A stretch of 61,622 nt of DNA, filler included, from Vezdaea acicularis (Eukaryota), in assembly GCA_026025075.1 (NCBI GenBank). It is 3 parts of 3 records of this genome, joined end to end, with 100 filler letters (N's around TTAATTAATTAA, not from the genome) between each part and the next. Parts side by side here need not be neighbours in the genome. Positions count along the whole stretch, not along the records: positions 20,662 to 41,179 come from JAPEUI010000197.1; 2 more parts are not named here. The stretch is one strand, 5' to 3'. The notes under the pieces were generated by a model. It worked only from the letters and a program-made list of their open reading frames with translations. It was not told the origin of the DNA and ran no database searches. Of this stretch, positions 22,148 through 35,482 are shown piece after piece; within the stretch, counting starts at the first letter, position 1; each line of letters starts with the position of its first letter. The position numbers and the translations under genes are program-made.

Positions 22148-24639
22148 GTCAATGAAGTCATCTCCCTAGCATCAACATGATCTGCGGAGTTTGATCGCCC
22201 AACAAACAATGCCCTCTTCCCCAGGGGGAGGAAAAAAAATTGAATGCTTCACCCGACCTTGGATGGAACCTTCTCTTTCCGATCTTCCCCCTGGGCCGAC
22301 TGGGGTGATTGTTTGATTGAGCTGGTCTTCCTCCCTGATCAAGTGGGGCGTTTTCATTTTTTCCCTCTTCCCGACTCTTTTGCGGGGGCTCTTGCTTGTG
22401 GGCTTTTTCATGGCTTTATTCTTTGATGTGGCGTCGTTGTGCGAAGTTGTGCGAAAATCAATTCTTTCGTTTCTATTGCATATATGCATATGTAATTCTT
22501 AATGGGGCTGGTACAAACATGTGGATGAGCACGAGGTCGGCAGATGTGTGTGGATAGTTGGGGAGAGTTCAAGTGGGACAAATCAGTGGTGTGGTTTGAT
22601 TCTGGCTTTGGTATCCGGCATGTAGACGCTTGAAACGTGCTGAGATTCTCCTGACTTTGCTCTTGCTCCCTCATGCTTTCGTGATAATTTGGATGTGCAC
22701 GTTTCCACTTTGAAACTATCTCCATCCCCACCCCTTCAAAAAGCCCACCCAACGCTTCCCTTCAGACCCGTTTCATCTAAAAACCTCGCCGTGGGCTCCC
22801 TCTCCCTCCCCCAAAACCCCGAAATTGCGCCAAGACATCTCCCCTGAACTAGCCTCGCCTCGCTTCGCTTATCCCTGTCCGCTCAACTTTTTTTCCCATA
22901 ACCGAGCAGGGATTCTAGCGCTCGAAGACTGAGCCGCCCAATGTTGTAATCTCGGGTTCTTGCACTGCCCTGGTTGCTAGTGTAATGGGAGATGGAGTCG
23001 TGGAGTTTTGTGGAGAGGTGGAGAACAGGTGTGATGTTTGGATTAGGTAATGGCATCGGCATGGACATTGCGAGATGAAGAGAACATAGCTTCGGTTCGT
23101 GCGATCATCTTCACACTACCTCGAGGAAGCCGCGCAGTGTATGGAGGAGGCACAGAAAAACTTCGCACGCCAAGGACTTGACTTGGCGAGGTCGTGTACC
23201 TTGCAACCAAAAAGTGTGTGGAAGAGTACTTTGCTTCCTGTGAAAACGGGAGACCTGCGTTTTTGGACTGTATTGGACGGTATGCGTTCGGTATTTGACG
23301 CGTGATGCTCAACTACTCGTACGAAAGCTCATTTATTTGTCATACTCTTTTCCGGTGCTTCCTCAAAGTCGCTATAGATGTCGGGGCTTCTTGACTCATG
23401 TTTTGTTATTACTTTGACGGCGGGGTCCTGTTGGCTGGTAGAGGAATTGCCTTTTTGTGGATGATCTATCGTGGTATAGATGATCCGTCGCCATGCAAAC
23501 TACCTCTCATTATACTGGAAGAATCCAGTATACTTCTCGTTCCTCACGAAGTTTGTCGCTATCGCAGACTATTGGGGCCATGCGATCAAAGCAATTGTGC
23601 CTCTCTCGTTGAACAATTTCGTCGGTTCTTAAAATCAGGATTTGACGGCGACTCTTAACCAGAGATGCCAACTGCACGGAACTGCATCAATTTCGATCCA
23701 AAGGATATGCTGGTAGTGCATCTGACGATCATATCGATCTACATTCGCACTCGTGCTTGTCTAGGCCATCATCCTCTGGGTTTCGATCTTTGGCATATGG
23801 TTAAAACATTTCTGGGGGTTGACTCGGATGATCACGTCCTCTCAAAAACTGTACCAAGAAATGAAAGCTGGCTATCTCGAAAATCAATCTAGCCTCGGAG
23901 CCTGCCGGAAGCTAACTTAGCATGACTTACGAACGCTACGATCGCTCATGGACCAGGTCGTTGTCGATGCTTTCTTCACCGCGAAAGTCGACCACGGACG
24001 GGTTTGACTTTATCCCACGCGGCGATTATAGGTACCACGCAAACTATAACGGAAAGTTCAAGACAAGTTATGCCATTTAGCTAATTGCGCATCCGGGTAT
24101 CAAGGACCAGACAAAAGACAATCTGCAACGTACTCGCCAATTCTTGTCTCATGTCATAGCTTCAACACGGTCAAACTCGCTTCCCTTGCACCATGCGCGA
24201 TTTCTACCATGGTGGCTTCACCAACGTTGGTAGACGTCAAATCCACGGGCAACCCAGGGCTCAGCACGGCAGATCGTCCTGCCCTTGCCTTGACACTAAA
24301 CAGACTGACTCGAACTCTCATAAGAGCCTTTGTGTGGGAGATAGTCTAGCGCTAAAAGCAAACTGGCTAGAATGCCCTTCAACCATAAATCGCGCACGGG
24401 ATGAATTCATTTGGGAAACATCTCTATGCTGAAGAACTAAACGCGTGGGATGGCCTAAGGAGAATGTGGAACAGGCACTGAAACAGCGATGTTCAACATA
24501 TTATCGCACTTGTGCCTCGAACTCGATCGCCGCGAGAGGCGCCATTGGGGATTCATGCTCAGGGCTATATAGCTACAAGGTACACCCCGAGCACTTTGAC
24601 CTCGTCCTTCAACTCTGCTGCGTGCTCTATAACGTCAGA

Positions 24640-26293
24640 ATGCGCTGCCTTAACAGCGCTCTCTCATTGCTTCTTTCCCTATCTCTCCTCTCGCTATCAA
24701 CCTCCTTTGCCCTTCCCTCCGCTCGCTTTAACTCCCCCGCGCATTCCCTTCTTGAACGAACCCCGCGCAGTGACGAGAGCAGCACCTCCGAGCCAACAAC
24801 GCCGCGAGGCCAAGGCATCCCGGCCTTTGACCCGGTCATTGGACCGCAGCGACGTCGCAGACAGGGACCTGATCCAGGTTCGGCCATCGTCTGCGATGGC
24901 CCCAAACCGTAAATACACCTCTCTTTTCCTCCAGAAAGAACCACTGCAATTGACTCAGTCTTTCTCTTCTAGATGGTGGCTTTATCCGGATGGCTTCAGC
25001 TCCAACTCCTTCACCCGCCTACAGCACCTTTGTGCCGACTCCAACTTTGGCGGCTCCCTTGAGGGCAACATGGGTGGCTACTGCGACGATATCACCCACA
25101 CTGTCGACTTTGACCCCTTGCGTGCCCACTTCGCCCTCTACAATTACCAATCCTTCCGAGTGTGGTGCTTTGGGAATTGTCGCTGCTTACGCCCCCCATT
25201 GCTACGGCCTGCAGGAGAGCAGGCTGCAGAACCGGGCATTGGGCAAGGTCAGGGGTTAGGGCAAGCTGCGGGGCCAATACCCTATCAAGAGGGCATATGG
25301 ATTGACTTTGCGGACGGCGGAGTCGTCCTAAACTTCGGCGATCCCGAAGGAAGCGATGGGCATTCTACGCTCGTAGACACGACTGCACACCTAGGCCGCC
25401 CGACGCCAGCGCCCTCCCCCACAATCGGACTCATCACAGTAACGGGTCCTCTCACGCCTCCAGCCTCCATCAATATAACCTCCTCTTCTAGCCGTTCCTC
25501 CTCTCCAGCCAATAAGACCGACCCCCCTTCCCTCCCACCGTCCTCCGACTCCGTTCCGCAGGACTCCCAAGACTCCTGCGAGCCCGTCTCAGGCTACGAC
25601 GACTACTCCACCGCCGACCTCGAATCCAACGTCGCCGAATCCCGCATCGGCTCCCCGCGCCACCGCTTCGGCGCACCCCACCCCCCCGACTTCTCCGACC
25701 CCTCCCAGAACTGCCTCAGCATCCCCTCCGCCTTCTACCCCACCAAACAAACCCTCCAAGACGCCGCCACCGCCGCCTCCCTAGCCAACCACCCCCTCTG
25801 GCCCGGCAGCTCCTCCTCCTCCGGACGCCGCCGCGGCTGCGCCGTCCAGTCCCGCTGCTACCACTCCGCCGACTGCTCGCAGCTCGCCCGCCAGTACGCC
25901 GGCTGTAAAGACGTGAAGTGCGTCCCGGAGTACGACGTCTCCGCCGGCGAGTTCTTCGCCGTCGCCTGGTGCGTTGCCTGGACCGCCGCGTGGGGCGCGC
26001 AGAAGCCGCTTCCTGGCTCGCGCCGGAAATCGTGGTTGGGCGGACGCAGTCTTGTCGTAGACGAGGAGGGACTGGACGGGGAGGCAGACTCAGAGCTGGG
26101 CTTGGGGCTTGAGCTAGGAGAGTGGGATCCGACGGCGGATATGGGCGCCGAGTGGGCGGAAGGCAGGAATTGGGCGCGCGGCTGCGTCTGCAATGCGACC
26201 TATGTGAGCGAGGCGTGCTGCGAGGCGGCGGACGGGGTGGTGTGGGAGGACCCGCTGGCGGGGAAGCTGGGGGAGTTGAAGACGGAGTTATGA
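24640..26293 (+). CDS. Secreted cysteine-rich hypothetical protein
   Basis: Signal peptide MRCLNSALSLLLSLSLLSLSTSFA; intron 24909-24972 joins it to the long ORF. Cys modules: LQHLCA..GNMGGYC..WCFGNCRC, GCAVQSRCYHSADC..C..KC, and CVCNATYVSEACC. Confidence 0.75.
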
Positions 26294-26595
26294 TTCTCCG
26301 TGGTGAGAAGAAGAAAAGCTGAGATAGAGATTTTTTTTGTTTGGGGAAATTTTTGCACAAAATGGTGGGGAGGGGGGGATTAGAAAGGGAATTGTATATT
26401 TTTTGGTCATGAGGGGTTTGATTCAAAGGACTCGAGTCGAGTCGAGGGGAGTCGAGTATTATATGCGAATGTGATTGATTTGGCGTTCCGCGTCTTGCTG
26501 ACTAGTATACACGTCCGTTGGATTGCTTTTACATGTCCTTCACTAGAATATACAATAAATCCATACATCCCCCTTTTCCCGGTGCCAAAAGTACA

Positions 26596-29500
26596 CTAAT
26601 AGGGCGGTCTTCCGACCCCCATTCCCTCACCTTCACCGTCATCCAGGGCGCTATTCTGGATTCCACCGAGCAAGTCCCCGAAATTGACTCCTCCACCGGG
26701 CCCCGCGTTTCCCGCACCTCTCACACTCCAATCTCTCCTCTCAGTACTCTTGCCTCTCCTAGACCTGCCCGCGCTCCTATTCCTGCTGGGAAACCGCCTC
26801 TCGCTCTGGCCTGCGCCATAGGACGCGACAGCCGGCTCTGCAGGCGGCGTCGAACCCCCGGCATCACTGGTGTGCTCGCTGCTCGGGAAGCCGCCTGGAA
26901 GGTTAAGACTCGATGGGATGGGCGGGACGGGTGGCACGTGCTCCTCAGCCAGCTCGTCGCTCTCGTTCAGAGCGTGAGGGTTATACGAGCCAGCCCTAGG
27001 CGTCATAGAGCCTTCCCTGACTGTATTGTCGGTGTCCGTCCGTTCCCTCGAGCGCGAGCGTCGAGACGCGTAGGCGCCGTCGGCGAGCCCAAAGTCGACC
27101 ATGTCGTGTCCGCCGAAGCTCTGGTCATCCGAGAAGCCGCCACTCACCATGCTTTCGCTGCTTTCGTCAGGTTGCTCTTGAGACGTGCGGATGAGGGCAC
27201 GGCCGGAGAGGACGCGCTTTAGTTCGTCGACGCGAACCATAGAGTCTCTGCTTGAGGAACTGAGCGGCGTGGGCGAGCGGTCAGTGCCGCTGCCCTTGCG
27301 GAGGCGAGGGTGTGGACCAGCAAAATCTCCCCCACCCAGGCCGTAGTTCTGCGAGGGTGGCCGGCTGTTACGATAGGAGCGCGGGGTGTGGGTGCCGCTG
27401 CTAGGACCGGTGCCATAGCCATTGAGGCCAAGCAGGACGGCGCGATGCGTGCCGGAAGGGTTCGTCCCTGTTCGCGAGCCGTTGAGGGAAGCAGTCTTGG
27501 CGCTATCCTTCTCGACGCTGGCGATAAGCGATTCCTTGCTCCAATCCGAAAGCATTTCTTCTTTGATCTTGGCGGGCATCTGGTGTTCTGGTGAAATCTG
27601 AGGGGTAGGGTTTGACGTTGGCGGGCTCCCGAAGAGGGGCATAGTAAAGACACGGCCAGGTGAGTTTGCTGGGCTAGCCGGAGGAGAAGCAAGCGATATC
27701 GCGTATGCGGCTGCGATACACTCGACCATTGCGGCACGGCTGTCGAAGGGTCGAAGAGATTCCGTCTCGAAGACTTGTGAATTCAACTTCTCTGCACTAT
27801 CAGACATAATGATCTGCTCCACAGGGACAGGAGGAAGTCGGATCCTTGCAACCCAGAGTCCTCTGCTCTTTCTCCTCGAGATCTCTGCCTGTATCTCCGC
27901 CCCAACAGCCGAACTCTCAAAGTCGAACTTCTCACTTAGAGCCCAAAAATACCCGTGGACAAGGCTTCCTACGTAAACCTTGGAGGTGGGACTCTCCAGT
28001 ACCTGGATATCCTCTTGCAGACGAACGATCATAGGCAAGCTACTCTTGACCGCATTGATGCCAAGCTTCTCGATGAGGTTGGTGAGGAGGAGGAAGAGCA
28101 GTAAAATGTCGGACTCGGATTCGGAATACTGGATAGCGTTCTCGTATATGGCAAGATGAAGTAGCTGTAAGAAGGTAGATTTTCCGAATCTTGATTGTCG
28201 TTCCTTGTTCAAGCGGTTCGACGCAGGTCTCTTTACAGGAACCTGATCACCGCCCTGGGATTTGCCATTCTGTTTTGGAAGCGAAGGCTTGTTGTCTAGC
28301 GCTCGCGAATCGCCCTTGACAACTTCTCGGCGAAGCCATGTGAGCAGTGCATCGACGTATGCTTGTCTGACGGCCCCTTCAACGTCTCGTAGAAGCCATT
28401 GTGTGCCGTCCCAAATCTGCACACCAACTTTGTTTCGCCCCATGCCTGCCGTGGTCGATCCTTGCTTCCGCGCGTTTGCAACGTTCAAAATCCGCTTTAT
28501 TGCGTTCAGGGCGATAACGCGAGCATTGGCAAAAGAAAAGAAGTCATGAGCATTTGGGTCCTCTTGAAAGTTCGCCGAATCCGATATTGCCTGGGCGGTA
28601 GCTTCGGGATCATCAATAGCGAGCGCAGTTGAGCCTACCGAAGACATCGGAGACGGCTTAAGACGGAGAAGTATTGCTTCAATCATGTCTGAGACCTGAT
28701 CGGAGTAATAGATATGTGTGGCCAAATTACCTATGCAGCTTTGAAGTCTTTCAAGTAAATCCTGCCTCGATTTTGAGGGCTCCATCGATGTTGTTGCCTC
28801 GGGTTCAGCTGACTCAGCTGTGCTATTCCTTACTGATGTTGCGCGGGAAGAGCCTGCTTCAAGGGTTCCGATTCCGAAATCGGTGCGGGCCGCGGTTCCG
28901 GCATCGTTGATATTGAGGAGTCGCAAGACGTGATTAATAAGACCAAGCAAGACGTCCATGACGCTCAGGCCAATAAGGTTGACATTGGAGCTTAGTAGTC
29001 GGTTGATTAAGTTCGCCAATACCAACTGCTTGTTCATTTTCTCCTCTCTGAGTGGGCACTTGACTAACACCTCCATTGCCGATATGAGAATAACGAACCG
29101 ATCTTGGACCGGAGCCCATCTCGCTATCGTCTCCAATAGTTGCATACCCCAAGTTCCATCTTTCTCTTGAGCCTGTTTCTCGTTCTCATCAATGGTACTT
29201 TCTGAGGCCTTCGCCTCAATGAACCTCAGCACGATCGCCGTTGCAGTTCTGATCTGGCCTCTGCTGCGGGATATAAAAATTTGCTTGAGGCTTTGCAAAG
29301 CAAGGAGGCTAATATCCTCCTCAGCTAGTTTGTCTGCATCAGCGGTAGTTCTTGACACTATTTCAGCATCCTTCTGTTCCGTGTTCGTTCTGACTGTGGA
29401 GATGCTCATTTTTCTTCTTGTCGCAGATTTCTCGGTATCGGATTGTTCCCTTGAGTGAGCTCTTTGGTGTAGGCGGATGAGGTGATCCGTGCTATTGGAA

Positions 29501-30246
29501 TAAAGATTAGCCAGTATGACTGGCAATATAACGCCGAGTTGTCTGCCCTCATCCGAAGACAAGGCTTCTGAGGAAGCAACACTCTTTATAGCCAAGAGCC
29601 CCACTTTCCGCCATCGTAGTAAAATCGGTGCAGTGAGCTTCTGCCCTTTGTTAGGTGTTGGCGCCCGAAGAGCACAGCTTGCATATCTTTTCACAATCTC
29701 CTCATACTTTCTAAGATAATCCTGATTGGCCGCAAGCGAAGCTCCGTCATGATATTGACAGAACGGCTCGAAAGTTTGAATCGATTCCTCCACCATAGTG
29801 AGGTCCTGCTTCCGCAATATTGTGCCAAGTATATTTAATAATGATGGCGCAAAGAGCGGTAGATCTCGTGGGGACTTTTCTATAAGGGCTTTGAGGATCT
29901 GCAGGGTCACTTGGACATTACTACGATTCGGGAACAAGTCAGCGGGTATTTCTTGACAAGTGGCTCATAGGAAGTTTCCACGCATGAAGAAGGATAGTTT
30001 AAAAGACCGAATCGGGAGGTTTTATACGGACCCAAGCCTTCCCTTCGCGACATCATGTGAAATCCTCTTCTCTAAAAAGTCGGCGACTTTCTGGAGCTTG
30101 CTCCGTCGTGTGCCAACATAGTACAGCAAGTAATTGAGCTCGCTGGAGTTCGGCTTCACGTCTACCGCACTCTTCTGGAGCTTCGGATAACATTTCAAGA
30201 CGAGGACCTGATGTTTCGGGCGACATCTATGGCGAACGGCCTCCAT
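26596..30246 (-). CDS. EFR3: EFR3 homolog (plasma-membrane scaffold for the PI4-kinase Stt4)
   Basis: CRPKHQVLVLKCYP..KPNSSELNYLLYY..RRSKLQKV; intron 30031-29921; GNVQVTLQILKALIEKSPRDLPLFA; NLIGLSVMDVL; LATHIYYSDQ. Confidence 0.92.
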
Positions 30247-31265
30247 TGATTACAGTGGTCGAGAGTCGGAGGTTACCGGCCGGTCAAGTTTCCTGAGATA
30301 TGCTCGCGGCCGATCGCACACACTTGCAGATCCAGAAACCTTTTGCTCGCTCAAAGTGGACTATAGCAATGACGTGAAGAGACGGGTGCAAAGGGGAGGA
30401 TACATGGAATCATGCCACGCAAAATAGTGGTCGGTGTGGGGGCTGCCAATGTAGATGTCGCCAAGAGCGGAAAGAGCTTTTTGCTCCGCTTAGAAAGGAA
30501 CCGCTGATCCCTGCCTGGTATTGCGCGGGTTGGATTAAAGCACGTATTGGCCCGATTATTTGATACCCTACAACCAGACTACCACATCAAGGTGTGCTCG
30601 CCTTTTTCTTCATCCGAGATCAGGGCCGTCGTTGAGTAATCAATGAGCCTGTGCAGTATCCGTAGCGCCCAAGTGAAGGAGGCAAGATCTTCCTCGACCT
30701 TACCTTGCATAAGAATGGGCTAGCCGCCCTCACAGTTCTTGGATAAAGCCCCAAGAAACTAGGAATATCCCGGACAGTGACCTGAGTGAAGCCATTGGTC
30801 TTGAAATGCTCATTCTAGGCTTACATCTGTTCCAAGACTGATATCGTCCTGAATATTATTATGGACCCACCTCATACCCCGCTTCTCTTCATGGCCAACC
30901 CATAATATGCCGACATTGACATCATCCTAACAGGCGGAGGTGCCCTGGCCCTTGACCGTGTGTGCTCTAAGGATCCAGACCGCTTCCTATATAAGTACTT
31001 CGGTGAAATTCTTCGTGAAGAGGCGCTCATTTAGCAAATTGCAACGAGAGAGGAGAGGCTGAGCATATATTGCGTAACTTACACTAGAGCTGATTTCTGT
31101 TCATGAGCCAGCATGGTCAAGCCAATAGCTACGGTGTATCGCGCACCGTCCTCCATTTGATTGGAGGAAAACACAACTTTGTCAGTGACATTTCAAACTA
31201 ATTACATAATTGAGAGGTTGGAGGAGGGTTTTGTCGTTTAAGAGCTTCCCATATGACGAAAGAAA

Positions 31266-31800
31266 TTAAAGATGACTGAAACCATCATAGATAGCTTTTC
31301 GTATCCTTATGTATTCAACCTCCAAAGCACCAATTCTCTGCGTTTTGTCGTTGAGGGCCCGGTCAAGCATGGCCATCTGCGCCGTGCCCTTCGTCAATTG
31401 CTGCTTCAATTGGTCCCGCTCGAGGATTGTTCTCATTTGATGTTGCTCAAGAGTGGCGAAATCAGCAGTAAATTTCTTCTGAATAGCCTCGTGCTTGAGC
31501 TTCTCGTTTTTTGCCTCGTCTTTGAGCTTGCGGACATTGGACTCAAGTTCATCTATCTTTTTGTAGCACCTATCAAGTCTTCGACCACCGACCTCGACCA
31601 ATGTAGGGGTGCTGGCTTTTCACACCTTTATGACAGCTCGAGTTCAGAGTTCAACGAACAAAGGCTTTGAAATAGACTCACTGTCCGAGTCGGAGCGGAT
31701 TCTGTTTCTCTTAGAATCACTGGGATTCTCAGTCGCAGATGCTGCCTTTCTTATGCAATTTTTGTTGAATTCCGCCTCCTTTTCTTCAAGGTATATGCTG
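31266..31800 (-). CDS. Possible coiled-coil hypothetical protein (exon structure unresolved)
   Basis: Heptad-rich ORF KKIDELESNVRKLKDEAKNEKLKHEAIQKKF...; candidate splice sites lie upstream but I could not build an in-frame model. Confidence 0.35.
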
Positions 31801-32317
31801 CTCAATTTTCCGAAACCCCTTTACTCAAGACTCCGAGATGCTATCACTAACCTGAAGCAGAACAGTATTATTCACGGGAGAAGCGGTTAATTGCTTTTGC
31901 GTCATTGTCTCAGAGGATCTATAGGTTTGATAAGTACACGTCCATATCTTAGATTGAAATGCTTGCGCTATCTACTTCTACAGCACAAATGACTTGTTAG
32001 GTTCAAAGGACCTACAAACAAAGAAATTCATCCCAATCGTTCATCTATTATACCGCCCAATGCAGCACTCTTCAATTTGAATGTCTTTCAAATTCTCCTA
32101 TGGTTGCCATAATCTAGTGCAATGAATCATGTGTCCATATGCTCGCTTCCAAACATCGCCTTGCTATGCAACGACGAAGTACGTATCTAGCTATGCAGCG
32201 GTTTAGTAGTTCCGAGTTAGTCCAACGCCAAGAAAATGCATCCGACGAGCATCACGCATGACTCAGCTTCACAAAGTCCTAGCTCTAAGCGGCCGGCTTT
32301 CAAGAGTCATTTCAATC

Positions 32318-34507
32318 TCAAAAGCCAAACCCGCTCGGAAAGCCCCCCTGAGATCTACCCCTGCCCTCGTGCATATTCCCAAACGGGCTGCCCCCACCTC
32401 CGGTTTGGAAAGCAAAGCCACCGGGGTGACCACCGCCGCCCATTCCACCCATCCCACCCATGCCATTCATCATGTTGAAGAACATCTCTTGGTCGAGGTT
32501 TACGTGACCTCCATGCATGCCACCCATACCTCCCATACCGCCGGCAAACATCTCGGACGGGTCAATCAAGTCCTCGCCGCTGTCATATCGTGCCCGTTTC
32601 CTGAAAAAAAGAATCTTAGCACTCAAATCTAGTACTGCGTAGGGACTAGTATGAAACTTACTGTGAGTCAGATAACGTCTCATAGGCCTCTTGAATTTCC
32701 TTGAACTTCTCTGCAGCTTCCTCGGTATTGCCATTCTTATCTGGGTGATGAACAATAGCGAGTTTTCGGTAAGCTTTCTTGATCTCTGCATCGCCAGCAT
32801 CCTTCTCGACCTGTAAGATTTTGTAATAATCCTTCCGTTTGCTTTTTTTCAGTTCTAATTCTGCCGCCCGGACATCTTTCTGGAGGCCAGTGTCAGATGG
32901 ATTTTGTTCAGCCAGGTTCTTGTAATCCCTGACTGCTTCTTCCCAGTCTCCGGACTCGCCAAGAGCGCGAGCTTTCGTCTTTCGAGCTTTCAGGTACGAA
33001 GGGTCGAGCTCTACTGCTCGTGTACAGTCGGCTATGGCAGCAGATGAATTTTTGAGCTGCGTACGTCAGGTTAGCTTGGAATTAGTTAGGCTCATTGTGG
33101 AATCCAAGGACTTACCTTCAGCGAGCATAGAGCACGGTTGTGTAATATTTTGGCGTTCGTTACCTTGTTCGTCGGATCAACCTCTAGCGCTTTAGAGTAT
33201 AGATCAACTGCTTCTTGAGATCTCCCTGCCTTATAAGCCTGATTCCCTTCCTCTTTCATTCGATCTAACTTCTGCACCATTCTCAAGTACTTGATGGCAT
33301 CTTTGAAGTCCGGATCACAGCTAAGCGCCTGTCTGAAATGCTGAATGGCATTCTCGTTATCCCCTTGGGAGTACAATGCTCGTCCCCGCAAAACCAAGGC
33401 CTCCGGGTCCTTACTATTAGACCGAAGAAGGTTCATCGCAATACTCTGCGCATCTCCTAATGAATTGACATTTCCCATCTTGAGGTATGCCTCACCCCGC
33501 ATAAGTTTCCATTTTCTTGGTTTTTCAACGCCAAAGCCAAGCCCTCGCTCTGCCTGCTCGAGTGCATGCAATGCCATTGATCCACTTGTGCTATTTTTTA
33601 AGGAATCTTCAGCTTGCCTAATATGTAGTTGCATTTCGAGAGCTGCAGCTTTATCTTTCATTGTTGCAGGTGGCTGTATACGAGCGTAGGTTTCTAGGGC
33701 CTCAGCCGGACGTCCTAAGTTTGTGTATATTCTGGCTAGTCTATGGAGAATCTTGGAGTTATTTGGTTCGATCTCATCAGCAAGTTTAGCATCTTCGAGT
33801 GCCTCGGGGAATCGACTAGCGGAGATGTACGCAGCAGCACGGTTTGAGAGGTACGTCGAGGATTTCGGATCTTCTTTAATGGCTATTCGTAAAGATAAAT
33901 CAGCCATCCATCCGGAGAAAATTATTCACAAAAGTTAATTATAGAACGAAGAGAACCTACCTCTAGTGTACTCCCTAATTGCTTTTTCATAGTCCTTCGC
34001 CTTGAAATATTTGTTTCCCGCAGTTTTGTATATCTCTGCTTGGTCTGCAGACGACAACAGTGGCTGGGGCGCTGGTACTGCGTTCTTATGCGGGGGAGGA
34101 GCAGGGCTGCTTTCATCCTTGCCGCCGTTTGTTATTGGAAATTCACCTGGTGTGATTGGAGGTGTAGATGATGGTGCCGTATAAGCTGGACCACCCTGGT
34201 CAAGTTCCATCGGAGTTGGAGGGTCACTCATTTGGGACATAGCTGACAACCGACGCAGCTCGTGAGCCGGAAGATTCAAAGGGTGTGAATTCCTATCGTA
34301 CGAGGGGTAGCGGGGCGGTGCGGCTGCTTTCGATCCGCTCCGAATTGATTGTGCTGACCCAGGGCGAGATTCCCTCTCACGGTGCTGTTTCGTAGGAGAC
34401 TTTCTTCCAGATTTGGTAGGTGAAGGGGGTGGGGAGTAGTGGATATCGTTGGTGGGTTCTGAGATTGAAGGGGCAGAGGATTTCTTCTTCTTGTGGAAAA
34501 AGTTCAT
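32318..34507 (-). CDS. DnaJC7/Tpr2-like co-chaperone (TPR repeats plus J domain)
   Basis: TPRs ([37 protein letters not shown]), a J domain with HPD ([23 protein letters not shown]) and a G/F-rich tail; three introns. Confidence 0.92.
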
Positions 34508-35482
34508 CACCGATATCTTTCTCCTCTTAAGCGGCGAAGGTGCCGAGGGCTAAGCACTGATCGCGTGGGTGCCGATGCGAAAATGTGATCTGGGCAGTCC
34601 TGCCAGCAATGGATCCTGTGGCTGCAGTGGGAATCGACGGTAGCTGTGCGATTCCTTCCCGGTCGGCTACTGGCTAGCTCTCGGGACGGTGCGTCCTTGA
34701 TGCAGTCGTCAGAAACTGATTATCGAGATAAGATTTCTATCCACAGAGTGCGAATTGTGCCAACATGGAGATAAGTTTTGAGGCTCGTGCTGAGGTGGGT
34801 GATGGTTGATGAGGTTCCACAGCCGCACGTTTTCCAAAACAAGCAGGTAGTGATGCTACTGGCCAAAAAAATGGGAGGGGCAGAAATGGGAGATCCTATC
34901 TGACTGGTTCTTTCACGCGACATTTTCTAGAACCTTCGGCCCTACACCGCCAGCCTTGTTCAAGGCACCAGGTCAAGCTGTTTCAGCAGCCTATTTGCTC
35001 CTTGTTGAGCCTCAATTGACAAAAAAGAGCACCAGACAAAAGAGGTGTTTATATAGGTTATATGATTGCTTGTGTTGTGGAACACAATATACGTGCTACG
35101 CATTCGCGCGAAGGTGTAGGGCATGAGAACTTACTGCGAAGTCTTGGAGCAAGAAAATTCACGTTACTCTAATCGATCTGCCTCGGGCGCCTTGATTGGG
35201 GCTGTAAGTGGGCCTCACGCCTTGTCATCAAGCTAATTGGGGTTCTTCGAGATGAGTACCTTGCTGGTCTAAATAATACAATTGTAAATAGTCTAATCTC
35301 ATAACGTGAAAACTCTGCCGTTATTGTGCCAAACTTTAATTCAAAGTTACAAGCAAAACAGTTGACGCCCAATTACACTTGTGCCTTAATGTTGCCCTGT
35401 AACGAATCAAGATGCCTATACCCTTCAAACATTGCGCCCGGTCACTGCTAAGATTGCTAGAGCTCAAGCCACCAACGCCAAA

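Noticed and set aside
22200..24500. Many 60-115 aa ORFs
   Set aside because: No motifs, coding bias or splice support; treated as intergenic.
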